A stretch of 64,000 nucleotides of DNA from contig CAZNNH010000001.1 in the NCBI GenBank assembly GCA_964574335.1, forward strand, positions 2,928 to 66,927, written 5' to 3'. The translations under genes and the position numbers were made by a program. Shown here piece after piece: positions 18,684 through 29,788 of the stretch (positions are counted from its first letter, which is position 1; the number at the start of each line of letters is the position of its first letter). Source of the stretch: an uncultured Acidobacteriota bacterium. Its GTDB lineage: Bacteria; Acidobacteriota; Vicinamibacteria; Fen-336. Below the pieces are notes generated by a model. It was not told the DNA's origin. It made no database searches and worked only from the letters and a program-made list of their open reading frames with translations.

Positions 18684-20108
18684 TCAGGGGATCGAGAGCC
18701 CGGGACAGCCGGTGACGTTGCCGCTGGTGTTGCCGAAGACCGAGGCGGCCGAGAACGTCCCCGAGACCTGAGCCGACGAGGGCACGCCGTCGCACTGGAG
18801 ACCGTAGGCTCCGTTCGCCGTGATCTCGAAGGCGCTGGCCGAGACCACGCTGGTGTCGGTCAGACGGACCCCGCTGCCGTTGTTGCCCGTCACGCTGGCC
18901 GGGGTGCTCCCACCGACCAGGCGCAGGACGGAGGCGTGCTGGACCACGATCCCGTCGTGGGCGTTGGCCTCCACGGTAATCCCGTCCAGCTCGGCCTCGG
19001 AGCCCAGGACGATGCGGACGCCCGCCCCGCCGTTGGTCGACACCGCGCCGCCGATCGTCAGCACCGTCGAGCCCAGCTCGGCGGTCACTCCGTCGCCGCC
19101 GTTGTCGGTGATGGCGGTCGACTCGAGCTCGGCGCGACCCCCACGGTACACCCAGAGCCCGGCGCCGCCGTTGGTTCCGAGCGTGCCCTGCTGGATGTCG
19201 ACCTGGCCCTCGACCCGGACGCCGGCGCCGCCGCTGTCGAGCACGTCGGTCTGCTGGAGGCTCAGCTCGCCCTCCACCTCGATGCCGTTCAACGTGCTCT
19301 GCTCGACGGAGGAGCTCGACACCCGTCCGCTGGCGCCCTGATCGATGATCAGCCCGAAGCGGTTCTCGGCGATCAACAGGCCGTACCCCACGACGCTCGA
19401 GCCGGTAAGCGCCATCAGGCCGGTGTACGCCGTGCCGTTCCCGTTCAGCGTCAGGTTCTGCAGCATGATGCGGCTGCCGTCGAGGGAGAGAAGGGCGCCC
19501 GTGCTGCCGGCGGGGGCTTCGATCCCGGCGCCCGCCGAGGCCGCGTACAGGGTCAGGTCGTCTCGCGAGACGAGAACGTTCTCCGCACACATGCCGGTCA
19601 GGGCGATGGTCACGGGACCCGGGTGGACCATCGCATCGGCGAGGGCATCCGCCAACAGGCCCCCGGAGCCACAATCGACGGCGAGAAACAGCGGCGTCAG
19701 CAGGGCGGGTCCGGCGGGTCCCGCCGGCCCAGCCGGTCCAGCGGGCCCAGCAGGTCCGGGCGGCCCGGGAGGTCCGGCCGGGCCTTCGGGTCCGACGGCG
19801 CCGAGAGTCAGGTCGAAGAAGGCACCCCCAGCCTGGTGCTGCCTCGAGACCTGCAGGAGGTAGCTTCCCGGCGCGATGCCGGAGGGGAGCGAGGCCGCGA
19901 TCTCCGTTCGCGTGGCGGCGTCAACCACCAGGTCCACCCCGGCGAGCCGGACTCGCGGGTTCTTCTTGGGGAAGCCGCTGCCTTCGATGGTCAGGGTCCC
20001 CGCATCCAGATCGGCCGTCACCTGTGTGATCACGGGAGCCGCGTGGGAGACGGCGGGAAGGAGCGCCAACCCGAGGGCCAGCGCCGCCGACATGACGTGA
20101 GCGGACAT
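18684..20108 (-). CDS. Secreted protein with IPT/TIG-like domain, collagen-like repeat and beta-helix domain
   Basis: Signal peptide, APVIT...LTIEGSGF...PGSYLLQV, (GPX)10, then VDC...GMCAENV and beta-helix repeats. Confidence 0.8.
   Translation of the reverse strand: MSAHVMSAALALGLALLPAVSHAAPVITQVTADLDAGTLTIEGSGFPKKNPRVRLAGVDLVVDAATRTEIAASLPSGIAPGSYLLQVSRQHQAGGAFFDLTLGAVGPEGPAGPPGPPGPAGPAGPAGPAGPAGPALLTPLFLAVDCGSGGLLADALADAMVHPGPVTIALTGMCAENVLVSRDDLTLYAASAGAGIEAPAGSTGALLSLDGSRIMLQNLTLNGNGTAYTGLMALTGSSVVGYGLLIAENRFGLIIDQGASGRVSSSSVEQSTLNGIEVEGELSLQQTDVLDSGGAGVRVEGQVDIQQGTLGTNGGAGLWVYRGGRAELESTAITDNGGDGVTAELGSTVLTIGGAVSTNGGAGVRIVLGSEAELDGITVEANAHDGIVVQHASVLRLVGGSTPASVTGNNGSGVRLTDTSVVSASAFEITANGAYGLQCDGVPSSAQVSGTFSAASVFGNTSGNVTGCPGLSIP
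19704..19793 (-). repeat. Collagen-like (Gly-Pro-X)10 coding repeat
   Basis: GPE GPA GPP GPP GPA GPA GPA GPA GPA GPA. Confidence 0.9.
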
Positions 20109-20254
20109 GATCGCCTCCGAGTACGTTGGAGGCCTCGGCGACCTCCAGCAATGTTGACGACGTTGTGGGGCGCAGCCTAGTTCAGTGCATCGGGCGACGA
20201 CATGAGCTGGATCACATGAGCGGCACGTCACCCGACCGGGACCGATCCGTCCCT

Positions 20255-20902
20255 TCAGGTGATGGCATCCCCAAGCGCTTCGGCGCGAACGACGTAGCGC
20301 TGCGGTGAGCGGGGCGAGGGAATGAAGGGGTAGCAGGTGATCAGCGTCACCACGTCGTCCTCGGTGGGCGCCAGCAGGGCCGCATCGTCGGGGTCGACGA
20401 TCCGGATCTCGGCCACGCGGAAGGCACGACGCCGACCCGTGCCGGTGGCGCCGTCCCGCCATTCCAGCCACACCAGGTCGCCCTGGCCAACGTCCTGGAG
20501 GGGCCGGAACCAGCTGGTGCGGTGGCCGGCCAGGATCAGGTTCCCCGGCTCTCCCGGCCGCACGCCGCTCATCAGGCGCGCCGGCCCGAAGGCCAGGTTT
20601 CGGGGGCAGGCCCCCTCCAGGATGATCTCGTCGTAGCCGAGCCTCGGGATCATCAGCCGGCCGATCGGGTGGGTGTCGGCCCACGACCAAGGGGGCTGGG
20701 GCGTCCCGGTCTCCAGGGTCCGGCTCCACGCCTGGCGGATCAGGTGAGCGGCCAGCAGGCCCTTGGCACCGAGATACACCGAGCGGCCGCAGAGGCAGGC
20801 GCCGACGGCGAGCAGGCCGAGCGCCAGCCACGACGAAGGCCGGCCGGGCGCCGCCGCCCGCGTGGAGCCAGGGGCGACGCCCGGCCCGCCAAGGGCGCTC
20901 AC
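20255..20902 (-). CDS. Class GN (marine-proteobacterial-type) sortase
   Basis: AKGLLAAHLIRQAW, PWSWADTHP, LAFGP, LAGHRTS (His), TLITCYPF (Cys), RYVV (Arg). GTGA overlap with the target gene. Confidence 0.9.
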   Translation of the reverse strand: MSALGGPGVAPGSTRAAAPGRPSSWLALGLLAVGACLCGRSVYLGAKGLLAAHLIRQAWSRTLETGTPQPPWSWADTHPIGRLMIPRLGYDEIILEGACPRNLAFGPARLMSGVRPGEPGNLILAGHRTSWFRPLQDVGQGDLVWLEWRDGATGTGRRRAFRVAEIRIVDPDDAALLAPTEDDVVTLITCYPFIPSPRSPQRYVVRAEALGDAIT

Positions 20903-23016
20903 CGCCACGCCTCCCGCATCCGACGCGCGCCGATCAGGACGAGGCCCACGGCCAGGAGCACGAGACCCAGCGCCGCCAGGAAGTCGTCGGCGGTGCCGGT
21001 GGCCGGGTTGCGCCCGAAGACCTTCTCCAGCTTCCACCCGGCGGGCAGCTCGGTGGGAACCCGTGTGGTCCGAAGCGAGCCCTCGGTGTTGACCACCACC
21101 TCCTCGACGGCGACCAGCGAGGTGAAGCGGCTGACCAGGTTGTAGCGGATGGCGTCCTGGACGACGGCGGCGCGGCGCGTGGCGCGCTGCTCGTCACCCG
21201 AAGACCGTCGCCACAGCTCGATCTCCTCCTTGATCCGCTCCCGCGCCCAGAGGGTGGTGATGCCCGGGTGGAACTCCGCTTCCGCCACGTCGAACGGGAT
21301 CTCCTGCTGGTGGCGAACCCCGCCCTCGCTGCCGGCCAGGTGGAGCACCCCGCTTCGGCCTCCGAGCAGCCGCCCCTTCAGGACCAGGGGCCGGCTCAGG
21401 AAGAGGTCGCCCGGGCGCGAGGGATACAGGTCGGCCACCTCGGCACCATCGAAGCTGACGGAGATGTCGGTGAGCACGGGGCTCTCGATGGTGTCCAGCA
21501 GCGCCGCCATCTGGGTCTCGATCTCGCTGGCGTCGGCGATGTGGGAGAAGGCGCCCCGTCCGTACTCGGCCATCCGGGTGGCCAGGTAGTGGTTGGGGGC
21601 GGAGCCGATGGCCACCGTGAACAGCCGCGCGTCCCCGAGGTGGCGCTCGAGGGAGCCGAAGATCTGCTGCTCGTTGCCCAGGCAGCCGTCGGTGAGCAGC
21701 ACGATCTCCCGGACGAAGCCCGTCGCTCGCGGCATGGCCATGGCGTGCTCTAGGGCGGGCAGCATCTCGGTCCCCCCGCCCGCGCCGAGACCACCGACGA
21801 AGCCGCGCCCCTCGGCGAGATGCTCGGGGGTGGCGCTCACGGTCTCGGGGAGGAAGGGACGGAAGCCGTTGCTGAAGGCCACGATGCCGAAGCGGTCGCC
21901 GCAGCGAAGCCGGTCCAGGCCCTGGAGCAGGGCGGCGCGGGCCTGCTGGATGGAGGTCCCGGCCATCGAGCCCGAGACGTCGATGACGAACAGCAGGTCG
22001 AGGGGCGCCCTCTCGTCCCCGGCGCGTCGGGTCGGCGGGTAGGTCACCAGCATGAAGTGGGTCTCGTCCCCCTCCGGTTGCGGTGAGAGGAACAGCGCCG
22101 CCCGTGCCTCCGGCGCCTCGGCCCTCTGGTACTCGAGGACGAAGTCGCGGTTGGGCAACGTGGCCTCGGAGGCCAGGCGCACCTCGTAGCGACCGGGCTC
22201 CGGCTCGTCGACGACGACCGGATGGGTGGGGCTGCGGATCTCACCCAGCGCCACGCCGGGCTCGAGCCTCACGCGTAGCCCGATGTCGTGACCGGAGCGG
22301 CTCGACGGATGGCGCACCGGCGGCGTGATTCGAGAGGCGTCGGGGACGGCGTCGGTGTCGTCCGCCCAGCCGGTTCCCGACCTCCCCGTGGCCCGTCCCG
22401 GGATGTAGCGCGGGCCGACCACCATGGGGAAGACCAGACGCACCTTGCCGTCGCTCCAGGTCAGCGGCTCGACGTAGCGGACGCGGACGTCGATGACGTC
22501 GCCGGGCATGATGTTGGCGACCGACGCGGTGAAGACGTTGGGCCGCTCCTGCTCGAGCAGGGCCGCCCGCTTGCCGGCGGCCTTGGCCTTACGGTAGGTC
22601 CGCTGAGCCTCGGCGCGCTCCTGGATCACCGACCGGATCACGCGATCCCGGATCCGGATCTCCATGTCGTACACGGCCGCCTGGTGGGGAAGGGGGAAGA
22701 CGTAGACCGCCTCGAGGGCCTGCTCGGTGTCGTTCCGGTAGCGCTGGGCCACGGTGGCGACGGCCACCAGCCCGCGGACGTCGATGGACACGTCGGTGTG
22801 CTCCAGGGCCACGATCTCGTAGCGGCCGGAGATGGGATCGTGGTAGACGAGCGAGGCCTCGCTCACCTCGGATGGTGGCGCGGGCGGGGCCACCGCGGCC
22901 CGGGCACGGTCGGGCCGCCTCGTCGTCTGCGGAGAGTGGGTGGACGCGCTCGCCGCCAGACCGGCGAGACAGCCGACGACCACGAGCGCGCTCGGGATCC
23001 GTCGTTGGTTCGGCAT
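20899..23016 (-). CDS. Sortase target protein with VIT and vWA domains
   Basis: VIT (EAVYVFPLP), vWA MIDAS (VIDVSGSM, LLTDG), C-terminal NPATG + TM + basic tail. Confidence 0.9.
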   Translation of the reverse strand: MPNQRRIPSALVVVGCLAGLAASASTHSPQTTRRPDRARAAVAPPAPPSEVSEASLVYHDPISGRYEIVALEHTDVSIDVRGLVAVATVAQRYRNDTEQALEAVYVFPLPHQAAVYDMEIRIRDRVIRSVIQERAEAQRTYRKAKAAGKRAALLEQERPNVFTASVANIMPGDVIDVRVRYVEPLTWSDGKVRLVFPMVVGPRYIPGRATGRSGTGWADDTDAVPDASRITPPVRHPSSRSGHDIGLRVRLEPGVALGEIRSPTHPVVVDEPEPGRYEVRLASEATLPNRDFVLEYQRAEAPEARAALFLSPQPEGDETHFMLVTYPPTRRAGDERAPLDLLFVIDVSGSMAGTSIQQARAALLQGLDRLRCGDRFGIVAFSNGFRPFLPETVSATPEHLAEGRGFVGGLGAGGGTEMLPALEHAMAMPRATGFVREIVLLTDGCLGNEQQIFGSLERHLGDARLFTVAIGSAPNHYLATRMAEYGRGAFSHIADASEIETQMAALLDTIESPVLTDISVSFDGAEVADLYPSRPGDLFLSRPLVLKGRLLGGRSGVLHLAGSEGGVRHQQEIPFDVAEAEFHPGITTLWARERIKEEIELWRRSSGDEQRATRRAAVVQDAIRYNLVSRFTSLVAVEEVVVNTEGSLRTTRVPTELPAGWKLEKVFGRNPATGTADDFLAALGLVLLAVGLVLIGARRMREAWR

Positions 23017-23244
23017 CGCACCTCCTCGGGCTGCCGCCCTCTCCCCGGGCCCGAGGGCAAGTCGCAGGCCAGCCCCCCGGAAGCTCCGAGGAGAAGGCGC
23101 AACTCATGGTCGGGGGCGCACTTGGACCGCAGGCGGGCTGCGAGGCGAGCGGCGCGAGGCGAGCGACACTGGGAGAAATCGTGTCTCCCGGGCCACGCTC
23201 CGTGGATGGGGGGTGCGGTGTGGCTCTGCTACCCCTCGACGGGC

Positions 23245-24378
23245 TCAGCTGCCGAGCTTCAGCCCACGCTTCCAGACGGCGATGATCCGCCGGGTCTTCC
23301 GAATGTCGGCGGTGGGGTCGCCGTCCACCAGCACCAGATCGGCACGGAGCCCGACCGACACCCGGCCCCGATCGGTCAGATGGAAGGCGCTGGCGGGGGC
23401 CGAGGTGGCGGCGGCGAGCGCTTGGAGCGGCGTCAGGCCCGCCTCCACCAGCAGCTCCAGCTCGCGGTGGAGGCCCGAGCCATGCTCGCAGGGCGGGTTC
23501 GGCGCATCGGTGCCGGCGAGGATCGTGACCCCCGCGGCGAGAAGGCTCCGGACCGCGCGCCCCGCCTGCCCAGGCGTCTTCTCGTGCGCCGAGACCACGG
23601 CCAGCGTCGGCTGGACGAAGACGGGGCGGGACGCGGCGAGGTGCGCCAGCTCGGGCCCCGACTCGCCGGTGGGGACGTGGGCGATGCCGTCCGCGCCGCA
23701 CTCGACCGCGTCTCGGAAGTCCCGCTGCGTCGCGATGTGGACGATGGTGGGCTTGCCGCGAGCATGGGCCGCGGCCACCACCGCGCAGAGCGTGGCGCGG
23801 CTGAGGGTCGGCCGCGAGAAGCCGAAGGCGCTGCCATCGTCGGAGACGGCCTTGATGTAGTCCGAGCCCTCGGCGATGCGAGCGTCCACGAACGCCTGGG
23901 CCTCGTCCGGCGTGGCGAGGGTCGGGATGGGAAATCCGTACTCCGTTCCATGCCCGCCGGGGGCCGTCACCAGGATGCCCGCCGAGCGCAGGTCGGCCTG
24001 GTCCCGGCCCCCACCCCCGGCCTGCTCCGCCTTGACGGCGGCCACCAGGGCCGGGGACGTGAACATGTCGAGCTCCGTCGTCACCCCGAACGTCAGGGCC
24101 GTCCTGAGGTCATCGGGCTTCAGAACGTGGACGTGCGCGTCGATCAGCCCCGGGAGCAGCGTTCGCCCGGAGCCCTCCACCACCTCGACGTCCTCCGGAG
24201 CGTCGAGGTGAGGAGAGACGGCGGCGATCAGGCCGTCCCGGACCAGCACGTCCTGGCCCCGGAGCAGTCGCTGGCCGTCGAAGACCGCGGCGTCACGCAC
24301 CACGAAGGGAGACGCAGCAGGGACGACGGCGGCCGCGCCAGCCAAGGCGGCGGCGTAGAGCAAGACGGTGGCGATCAT
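23245..24378 (-). CDS. Amidohydrolase family protein
   Basis: PGLIDAHVH, GSDYIK, ILAGTDA, GRVSVGLRADLVLVDGDP. Confidence 0.9.
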   Translation of the reverse strand: MIATVLLYAAALAGAAAVVPAASPFVVRDAAVFDGQRLLRGQDVLVRDGLIAAVSPHLDAPEDVEVVEGSGRTLLPGLIDAHVHVLKPDDLRTALTFGVTTELDMFTSPALVAAVKAEQAGGGGRDQADLRSAGILVTAPGGHGTEYGFPIPTLATPDEAQAFVDARIAEGSDYIKAVSDDGSAFGFSRPTLSRATLCAVVAAAHARGKPTIVHIATQRDFRDAVECGADGIAHVPTGESGPELAHLAASRPVFVQPTLAVVSAHEKTPGQAGRAVRSLLAAGVTILAGTDAPNPPCEHGSGLHRELELLVEAGLTPLQALAAATSAPASAFHLTDRGRVSVGLRADLVLVDGDPTADIRKTRRIIAVWKRGLKLGS

Positions 24379-24397
24379 GGCGTCACACGGTGTCCGG

Positions 24398-24847
24398 CTA
24401 CTGTCGGTCGTAGGTCTCTCGTCCCGCAGGGTTGCCCTTGACGGTCAGGTCTCGCGTGAGCTGTTTCCCGTCCGCCGAGAGCCGGTACTCGATGACCATG
24501 AAGTCCTCTCCGCCGATGACGTAGCGCGTCACCAGCGCCTGGTCCTGCCACTCGGCGACGACCTTCATGTTGCCTTCCATCGTCGGCTTGCCGTCGGTGG
24601 TGAGCGAGTGGGTCTCCGAGAACGCGGCGTAGTTGGACTGACGACCCTTGGCCTGGAAGTCGAACTGCGGGTCCTGGTGCTGGATGGTCAGCACCACCTC
24701 GCGCGGCCCCTGGCTGTCGGCCGGCCGCTTCGCCTCGTCCATCTTCCAGGTACCCGAGAAGTCCGGGTGGTCGGCGGCCAGGACCGTCGCCGCCGCTCCC
24801 CCCGCCACCCACGCGATCAGTACGAGAAGGGTCCTCCGCGAAACCAT
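24398..24847 (-). CDS. Secreted hypothetical beta-barrel-like protein
   Basis: Signal peptide then PDFSGTWKMD...S, typical of small lipocalin-like folds. Confidence 0.65.
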   Translation of the reverse strand: MVSRRTLLVLIAWVAGGAAATVLAADHPDFSGTWKMDEAKRPADSQGPREVVLTIQHQDPQFDFQAKGRQSNYAAFSETHSLTTDGKPTMEGNMKVVAEWQDQALVTRYVIGGEDFMVIEYRLSADGKQLTRDLTVKGNPAGRETYDRQ

Positions 24848-24958
24848 GTCGTTCCTCCTTCCGGGCACACTCGTCCCTGGCTGTCGGAGCGCGGCCGAGG
24901 CTCCCGACGCCCCGATAGACCTTAGTACCCGCTGGGAGCGGTTTGGTTCCGCCTAGAC

Positions 24959-26608
24959 CTAGAGCGAACCCCACACGGGGAGATCGACGCGGGAAAGGAG
25001 ATCGGGACCGAAGCGAAGGCGCGGTCGGGCGAGGACGGGCGCCAGGGTGGCGTCGTTCAGGTCGCCACCGTGGTTGGGATTGACCTCGAAGCGTGGGGCA
25101 TTGGTGCCCGAGACGTCGATGCGGATGCGGTGGCCGGCGTTGAAGACGATCGCCGTCGACCAGAGGTCGACGGCCAGCGACGTCGGCTCGCCGGGGGTGA
25201 GCAGACATTCGGTGTCGTCACCGCAGCGGGAGCGGGCCCGGCGGATGCCGTCCAGCACCAGCATCGAGCGGCCGTCCGGATGGACGTCAGTGAGGCGGAC
25301 CGCCAGGTCGAGGTCGAGCGTGTCCGCCTCGACCCAGAGCGTGCAGGTGACCCGTCCCATCACGGCGATCGGTTGGGCCAGCGCGTCGGTCGTGAAGGTG
25401 AGCACGTCAGGGCGCGCCTCGATCGGGCGCTGGTCGTGCGGGCCGGCGCCCATCCTTCGCCCAGCCACCAGGATCTCCGGGAAGAGGTTCGCCCCGCCCA
25501 GCGTCGGCACCGGCCGGGTCGGATCGATCTCCAGCTCGAGGGCGCCGGCAAGCGGGGATTGCGCGGTCAGGCTGCCGTCGGCGGCGAGGTGGAGGGCCAG
25601 CGTGTCGGCGGCAGGCGGCCAGTCGGGGAGGTCCAGCCACCGGTTGCCCGGGGCGCCCGGCTCCCCCACCGCCCCCATCAAGAAGACGCGCGCCGCGGGC
25701 CAGGCGTCGACACCTGTATCGGCGTCCTGGAGCCAGCGGGACAGCCACGCCAGGGAGAGGCCGTCGCGGTCGATCGCCGCCTCCGGAGGGTAGGTGAGCT
25801 CGCCGGCCTGGCGTCCTCCGAGATCGTGCGTCCACGGCCCCATCAGCAGGTGCTGGCGGCCGCGCGCGCCGTCACCGCCCTGTCCCTGGAAGCGCGTGAA
25901 GGCGTCGAGCGTCCCCTGGGCGAAGACGTCGTACCAGCCACCGATGTGCAGTCCGGCGGCCGTGACCCGCGCGTCGTCGACCTCGGCCACGTCCCACCAG
26001 GCGTCCCGGAGTCGGTGATGACGAAACTCGTCGTACATTTGGAGCGACCCCTGCTCGGCGAGCCAGTTGAAGACCAGGGCCTCGCGAACGACGCCACCCT
26101 GAATGAAGGCGTGGTGGTAGAGGTCCGGCGTGGCGACGGCGGACGTCAAGGCCACCAGATCGGGACCGGCGTCGGGGGCCAGCAGGTACTGGGTGATGCC
26201 GGTCGCCGACCCGCCGAAGGTGGCGATGCGGCCGTTGCACCAGGGCTGGGCCGCCACCCAGCGGAGCGTGGCCCGGCCGTCCGAGGCGTCGTCTCGAAAG
26301 ACGGTGTCGGTTCCCCCGGAGCCGAAGCGGCCCCGGGTGTCCTGAACGACGTACGCGAGGCCCACGGCCTTGATCGTCTCCGCCGCCTCCCGCTCACCGT
26401 CACGCCCGTACGGGGTGCGGGACAGCACCGCCGGCCACGAGGTGCCGACATCGGGCAGGTAGACATCGGTGGCCAGCGGGGTTCCATCGTCGGCCGGGAC
26501 GGTCGTCGTGATGTCCTGGGCCGCAGCCGAGACCGAGAAGATCAGCCCGGCCAGCGTCCCGAAAGCGAATCGCAGCGTCCGACAAGTCGACACCTGGCAC
26601 CCCCGCAT
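24959..26608 (-). CDS. CocE/NonD family hydrolase
   Basis: LSRTPYG, QDTRGRFGSGG, GGSATG nucleophile motif, GGWYDVF, GPWTH, GHRIRIDVS. Start uncertain. Confidence 0.9.
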   Translation of the reverse strand: MRGCQVSTCRTLRFAFGTLAGLIFSVSAAAQDITTTVPADDGTPLATDVYLPDVGTSWPAVLSRTPYGRDGEREAAETIKAVGLAYVVQDTRGRFGSGGTDTVFRDDASDGRATLRWVAAQPWCNGRIATFGGSATGITQYLLAPDAGPDLVALTSAVATPDLYHHAFIQGGVVREALVFNWLAEQGSLQMYDEFRHHRLRDAWWDVAEVDDARVTAAGLHIGGWYDVFAQGTLDAFTRFQGQGGDGARGRQHLLMGPWTHDLGGRQAGELTYPPEAAIDRDGLSLAWLSRWLQDADTGVDAWPAARVFLMGAVGEPGAPGNRWLDLPDWPPAADTLALHLAADGSLTAQSPLAGALELEIDPTRPVPTLGGANLFPEILVAGRRMGAGPHDQRPIEARPDVLTFTTDALAQPIAVMGRVTCTLWVEADTLDLDLAVRLTDVHPDGRSMLVLDGIRRARSRCGDDTECLLTPGEPTSLAVDLWSTAIVFNAGHRIRIDVSGTNAPRFEVNPNHGGDLNDATLAPVLARPRLRFGPDLLSRVDLPVWGSL

Positions 26609-26764
26609 GGCGAAACCCCCAACTGCTCGCCAACGCGGTGCAAGGCACGTGCCGACTGTGGGTAAGCGCAGAAGCTGCCCCTCGGCTCGAAACAACACGC
26701 GCGCCTGCCCACCATCGAGGACGACCCGCCCGCTCCGCCGGACGGGCCTGGAACGACGCCAGGC

Positions 26765-27743
<979 letters not shown>

Positions 27744-27852
27744 TGGTTCCTCCTGTTCGCAGGGTTTCAGTATAGTCCGTGGCGGCGCGGTGGGGCGAAC
27801 AGCCTCGTTCCACGACTCGCCGCCGCGGGCGGAACGGTGTAGCCTCAGGCAC

Positions 27853-28269
27853 ATGACGACATTCTCCGAGCTGGCCGGGACGAGGTGGGCGGGCGCTGGC
27901 GAGCTGTGGCTGGACCCGCTCGGCGACCAGGCCGAGCGCAGCCAGTGCACGATGGCCGTGGAAGACCGCGTCCTGCGCTACACCTGGAGCCACGAAGGCA
28001 AGGCCCACCAGGGGAGCATCACGCTGCGGGAGGACGGCGCCGACTTCGTGGACACCTGGCACCAGCCCCAGCCGATGGCGTGCCGCCGCCTGCCGGAGGC
28101 CTGGGGGCTCTTCCAGGTGCAGGGCGAGTACGGGCCCGACTCCGACTGGGGCTGGCGCATCGGGCTGAGCCTCCGCGCCCCCACCGGGGAGCTGGTGCTC
28201 CAGATGACCAACGTCGCCCCGTGGGGAGAAGAGGTTCGCGCCGTGCGTCTCATCTGCGGCCGACAGTAG
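27853..28269 (+). CDS. Hypothetical protein (DUF1579-like beta-barrel)
   Basis: Trp-rich beta-strand pattern (RYTWSHEG, FVDTWH, WGWRIGL, LQMTNVAPWGEE). Confidence 0.6.
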   Translation: MTTFSELAGTRWAGAGELWLDPLGDQAERSQCTMAVEDRVLRYTWSHEGKAHQGSITLREDGADFVDTWHQPQPMACRRLPEAWGLFQVQGEYGPDSDWGWRIGLSLRAPTGELVLQMTNVAPWGEEVRAVRLICGRQ

Positions 28270-28272
28270 GCC

Positions 28273-29601
28273 GTGCGGGGCAAGCGCCGCCTCTCCGAGG
28301 AAGACCCGGTGGCCCAGGCGAGGCGGATCGCCTCCCGCTTCGCCCTCGAGCCGCCGATCGAGGCCCACGACTTCGCCGAGAAGGGAAACATCCACCTCCG
28401 CAGCTTCGTGATCGTCTCGGGGCGGGTCCGGCCCCGCCAGCACATCCTGCAGCAGATCAACACCGAGGTATTCACCCGGCCGCGGGCCGTGATGCAGGCC
28501 ATGATCGCCTGCATCGAGGCCCAGCGGAGGAGCGTGGCCGCAGGGGCGCTCCGCCCCGGCGAGTCGTGGGAGGCAGTCGATCTCGTCCCCACCCGTGAGG
28601 GCGCCCCGTACCTCGAGGTCGAAGGCCGGCGCGGGGACGGCTGCTGGCGCCTGATGGCGCGCATCGGCGACACCCGGACCTACAAGAGCCTGGGCGAGAT
28701 CCGGAAGAAGTCGGAGCGGCTGGAGATCGCCGAGCAGGCTGGCTCCGGGCTGGCCCTGTTCTCTGCCCTCACCGCCGGCATGGACACCACCGGCCTGGCC
28801 AGCCCGCTGCCCGGCTACCGCGACACCCGGCTCTACCTCGACCAGCTCCTCTCCGTGCTGGCGGGACACCGGACGGCGGAGGCGGCCCGGGAGCACCTGC
28901 CCGCCGATCCCGAGGTCCGCCAGGCCACCCGGTACCACTTCCTGGTCCACCTGCCCGACGACGAGTACCGGCGCCGGCGCGACCATCCGGAGGTCCGACC
29001 CTTCCTCGAGCTGCTCCTCGGGAGCCAGGAGCGGGCGCTCGGCCTGCTGCGGCACCTGGAGTCGGGCCGGATCCGCCGCCTGGCCATCCACGGCGACACC
29101 AAGCTCGAGAACTTCCTCTTCGACGCAAGAACCGGGCAGGTGAAGGCCCTGGTCGACCTCGACACCATCACGCCCCACACCTGGCTGGCCGACTGGGGCG
29201 ACATGGTGCGCTCGCTTGCCAACGTGGCCGGGGAGAAGGAGCTCCGCCCCGAGCGGATCCGCGTCGACGCCGACGTCTACCGGGCGGCGGCCCGCGGCTT
29301 CCTGCGCTCGGCCCGGGGTGTCACCGCCGACGAGCTCGAGCTGATGGCGGAGGCGGTGGAGGTGATCGCCCTCGAGCTGGGGATGCGCTTCCTCACCGAC
29401 CACCTGCGGGGCGACAGCTACTTCAAGCTGGGCCCGGCCGACCCGCCCGACCTCAACCGAGTGCGGGGGATCGCCCAGCTCACCCTCTACCAGCGGCTAC
29501 GGGAGCACCGCCAGGACGCCCAGGTCACCATCGACAGCCTGCGTGAGGAGCTCGGCGTACGCGGTGTCGAAGGAGGCTCGGCGCCCAGGCCTCCGAGCTG
29601 A
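28273..29601 (+). CDS. Aminoglycoside-phosphotransferase-fold kinase (N-acetylhexosamine kinase-like)
   Basis: KGNIH, ILQQINTEVF, IHGDTKLENFLF, VDLDT, GMRFLTDHL.GD.YFK. Confidence 0.85.
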   Translation: MRGKRRLSEEDPVAQARRIASRFALEPPIEAHDFAEKGNIHLRSFVIVSGRVRPRQHILQQINTEVFTRPRAVMQAMIACIEAQRRSVAAGALRPGESWEAVDLVPTREGAPYLEVEGRRGDGCWRLMARIGDTRTYKSLGEIRKKSERLEIAEQAGSGLALFSALTAGMDTTGLASPLPGYRDTRLYLDQLLSVLAGHRTAEAAREHLPADPEVRQATRYHFLVHLPDDEYRRRRDHPEVRPFLELLLGSQERALGLLRHLESGRIRRLAIHGDTKLENFLFDARTGQVKALVDLDTITPHTWLADWGDMVRSLANVAGEKELRPERIRVDADVYRAAARGFLRSARGVTADELELMAEAVEVIALELGMRFLTDHLRGDSYFKLGPADPPDLNRVRGIAQLTLYQRLREHRQDAQVTIDSLREELGVRGVEGGSAPRPPS

Positions 29602-29788
29602 TCGACCCCTGTTACCAGGGCGAGGCCGCCTGAGACCAACGGCGCAGGGCGCTCGCGGCGGACCAACCGCTTCGTCGTGAAGCCCTTCGCATCCGCCGGT
29701 GGGCATTCCGTGGGTCGTGATCCTCAGCTTCGTCCGCCTGAGCACGACCCGCGGTGTGCTCGCAGAGCCCGCCAACCAGCCCCCGGAC

